The notes below the pieces were generated by a model. It was not told the DNA's origin, ran no database searches, and saw only the letters and a list, made by a program, of their open reading frames with translations. Of a stretch of DNA of 64,000 nt, positions 63,911-64,000 are shown piece by piece. The position numbers and the translations under genes are program-made. Source of the DNA: Balamuthia mandrillaris (taxonomy: Eukaryota); assembly GCA_031835245.2 (NCBI GenBank), contig JAVKOQ020000008.1:186001-250000 (forward strand), given 5' to 3'. Each line of letters opens with the position of its first letter. The stretch's first letter is position 1.

Positions 63911-64000
63911 CTGCTCACAGAGAAAAAGACGAGATGAGAAGAAAGAAAGGAGAATAAAGAACGCGAAAGAAGTGAACGAAAGAATGAGAAGAGAACAGAG

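Overview
This is gene-dense, intron-rich eukaryotic DNA with about 30 protein-coding genes. The introns are short GT-AG introns packed with sense-strand (CT)n/(TTC)n microsatellites, and the intergenic gaps are often only 40-700 bp. The gene content (Frizzled/Smoothened-like GPCR, SH3-RasGAP-PH, DH-PH RhoGEF, GUP1-like MBOAT, plant-like SEC23D) and the intron style suggest a free-living amoebozoan such as Balamuthia or an Acanthamoeba relative; this is inference only. Housekeeping genes include AMPK beta, RanBP1, CNOT11, mitochondrial HSP60, a Cys-type glutathione peroxidase, an NMNAT-like gene, NAPE-PLD and a Rab. The most notable observations are: (1) a CYP7A-like sterol-hydroxylase P450 head-to-head with two tandem sulfotransferases, next to an SV2/SVOP-like transporter; (2) a secreted vanadium-haloperoxidase-like protein with an altered active-site motif, divergent from the Frizzled-like GPCR; (3) a recurrent palindromic intergenic motif (T)GTCGAC(A); (4) a candidate intronic box C/D snoRNA; (5) an intronless secreted kinase-like gene; (6) an unannotated spliced 70-aa microprotein and an F-box-only gene; and (7) several frameshifts that may be assembly errors. 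All exon boundaries were read by eye and no database searches were run.
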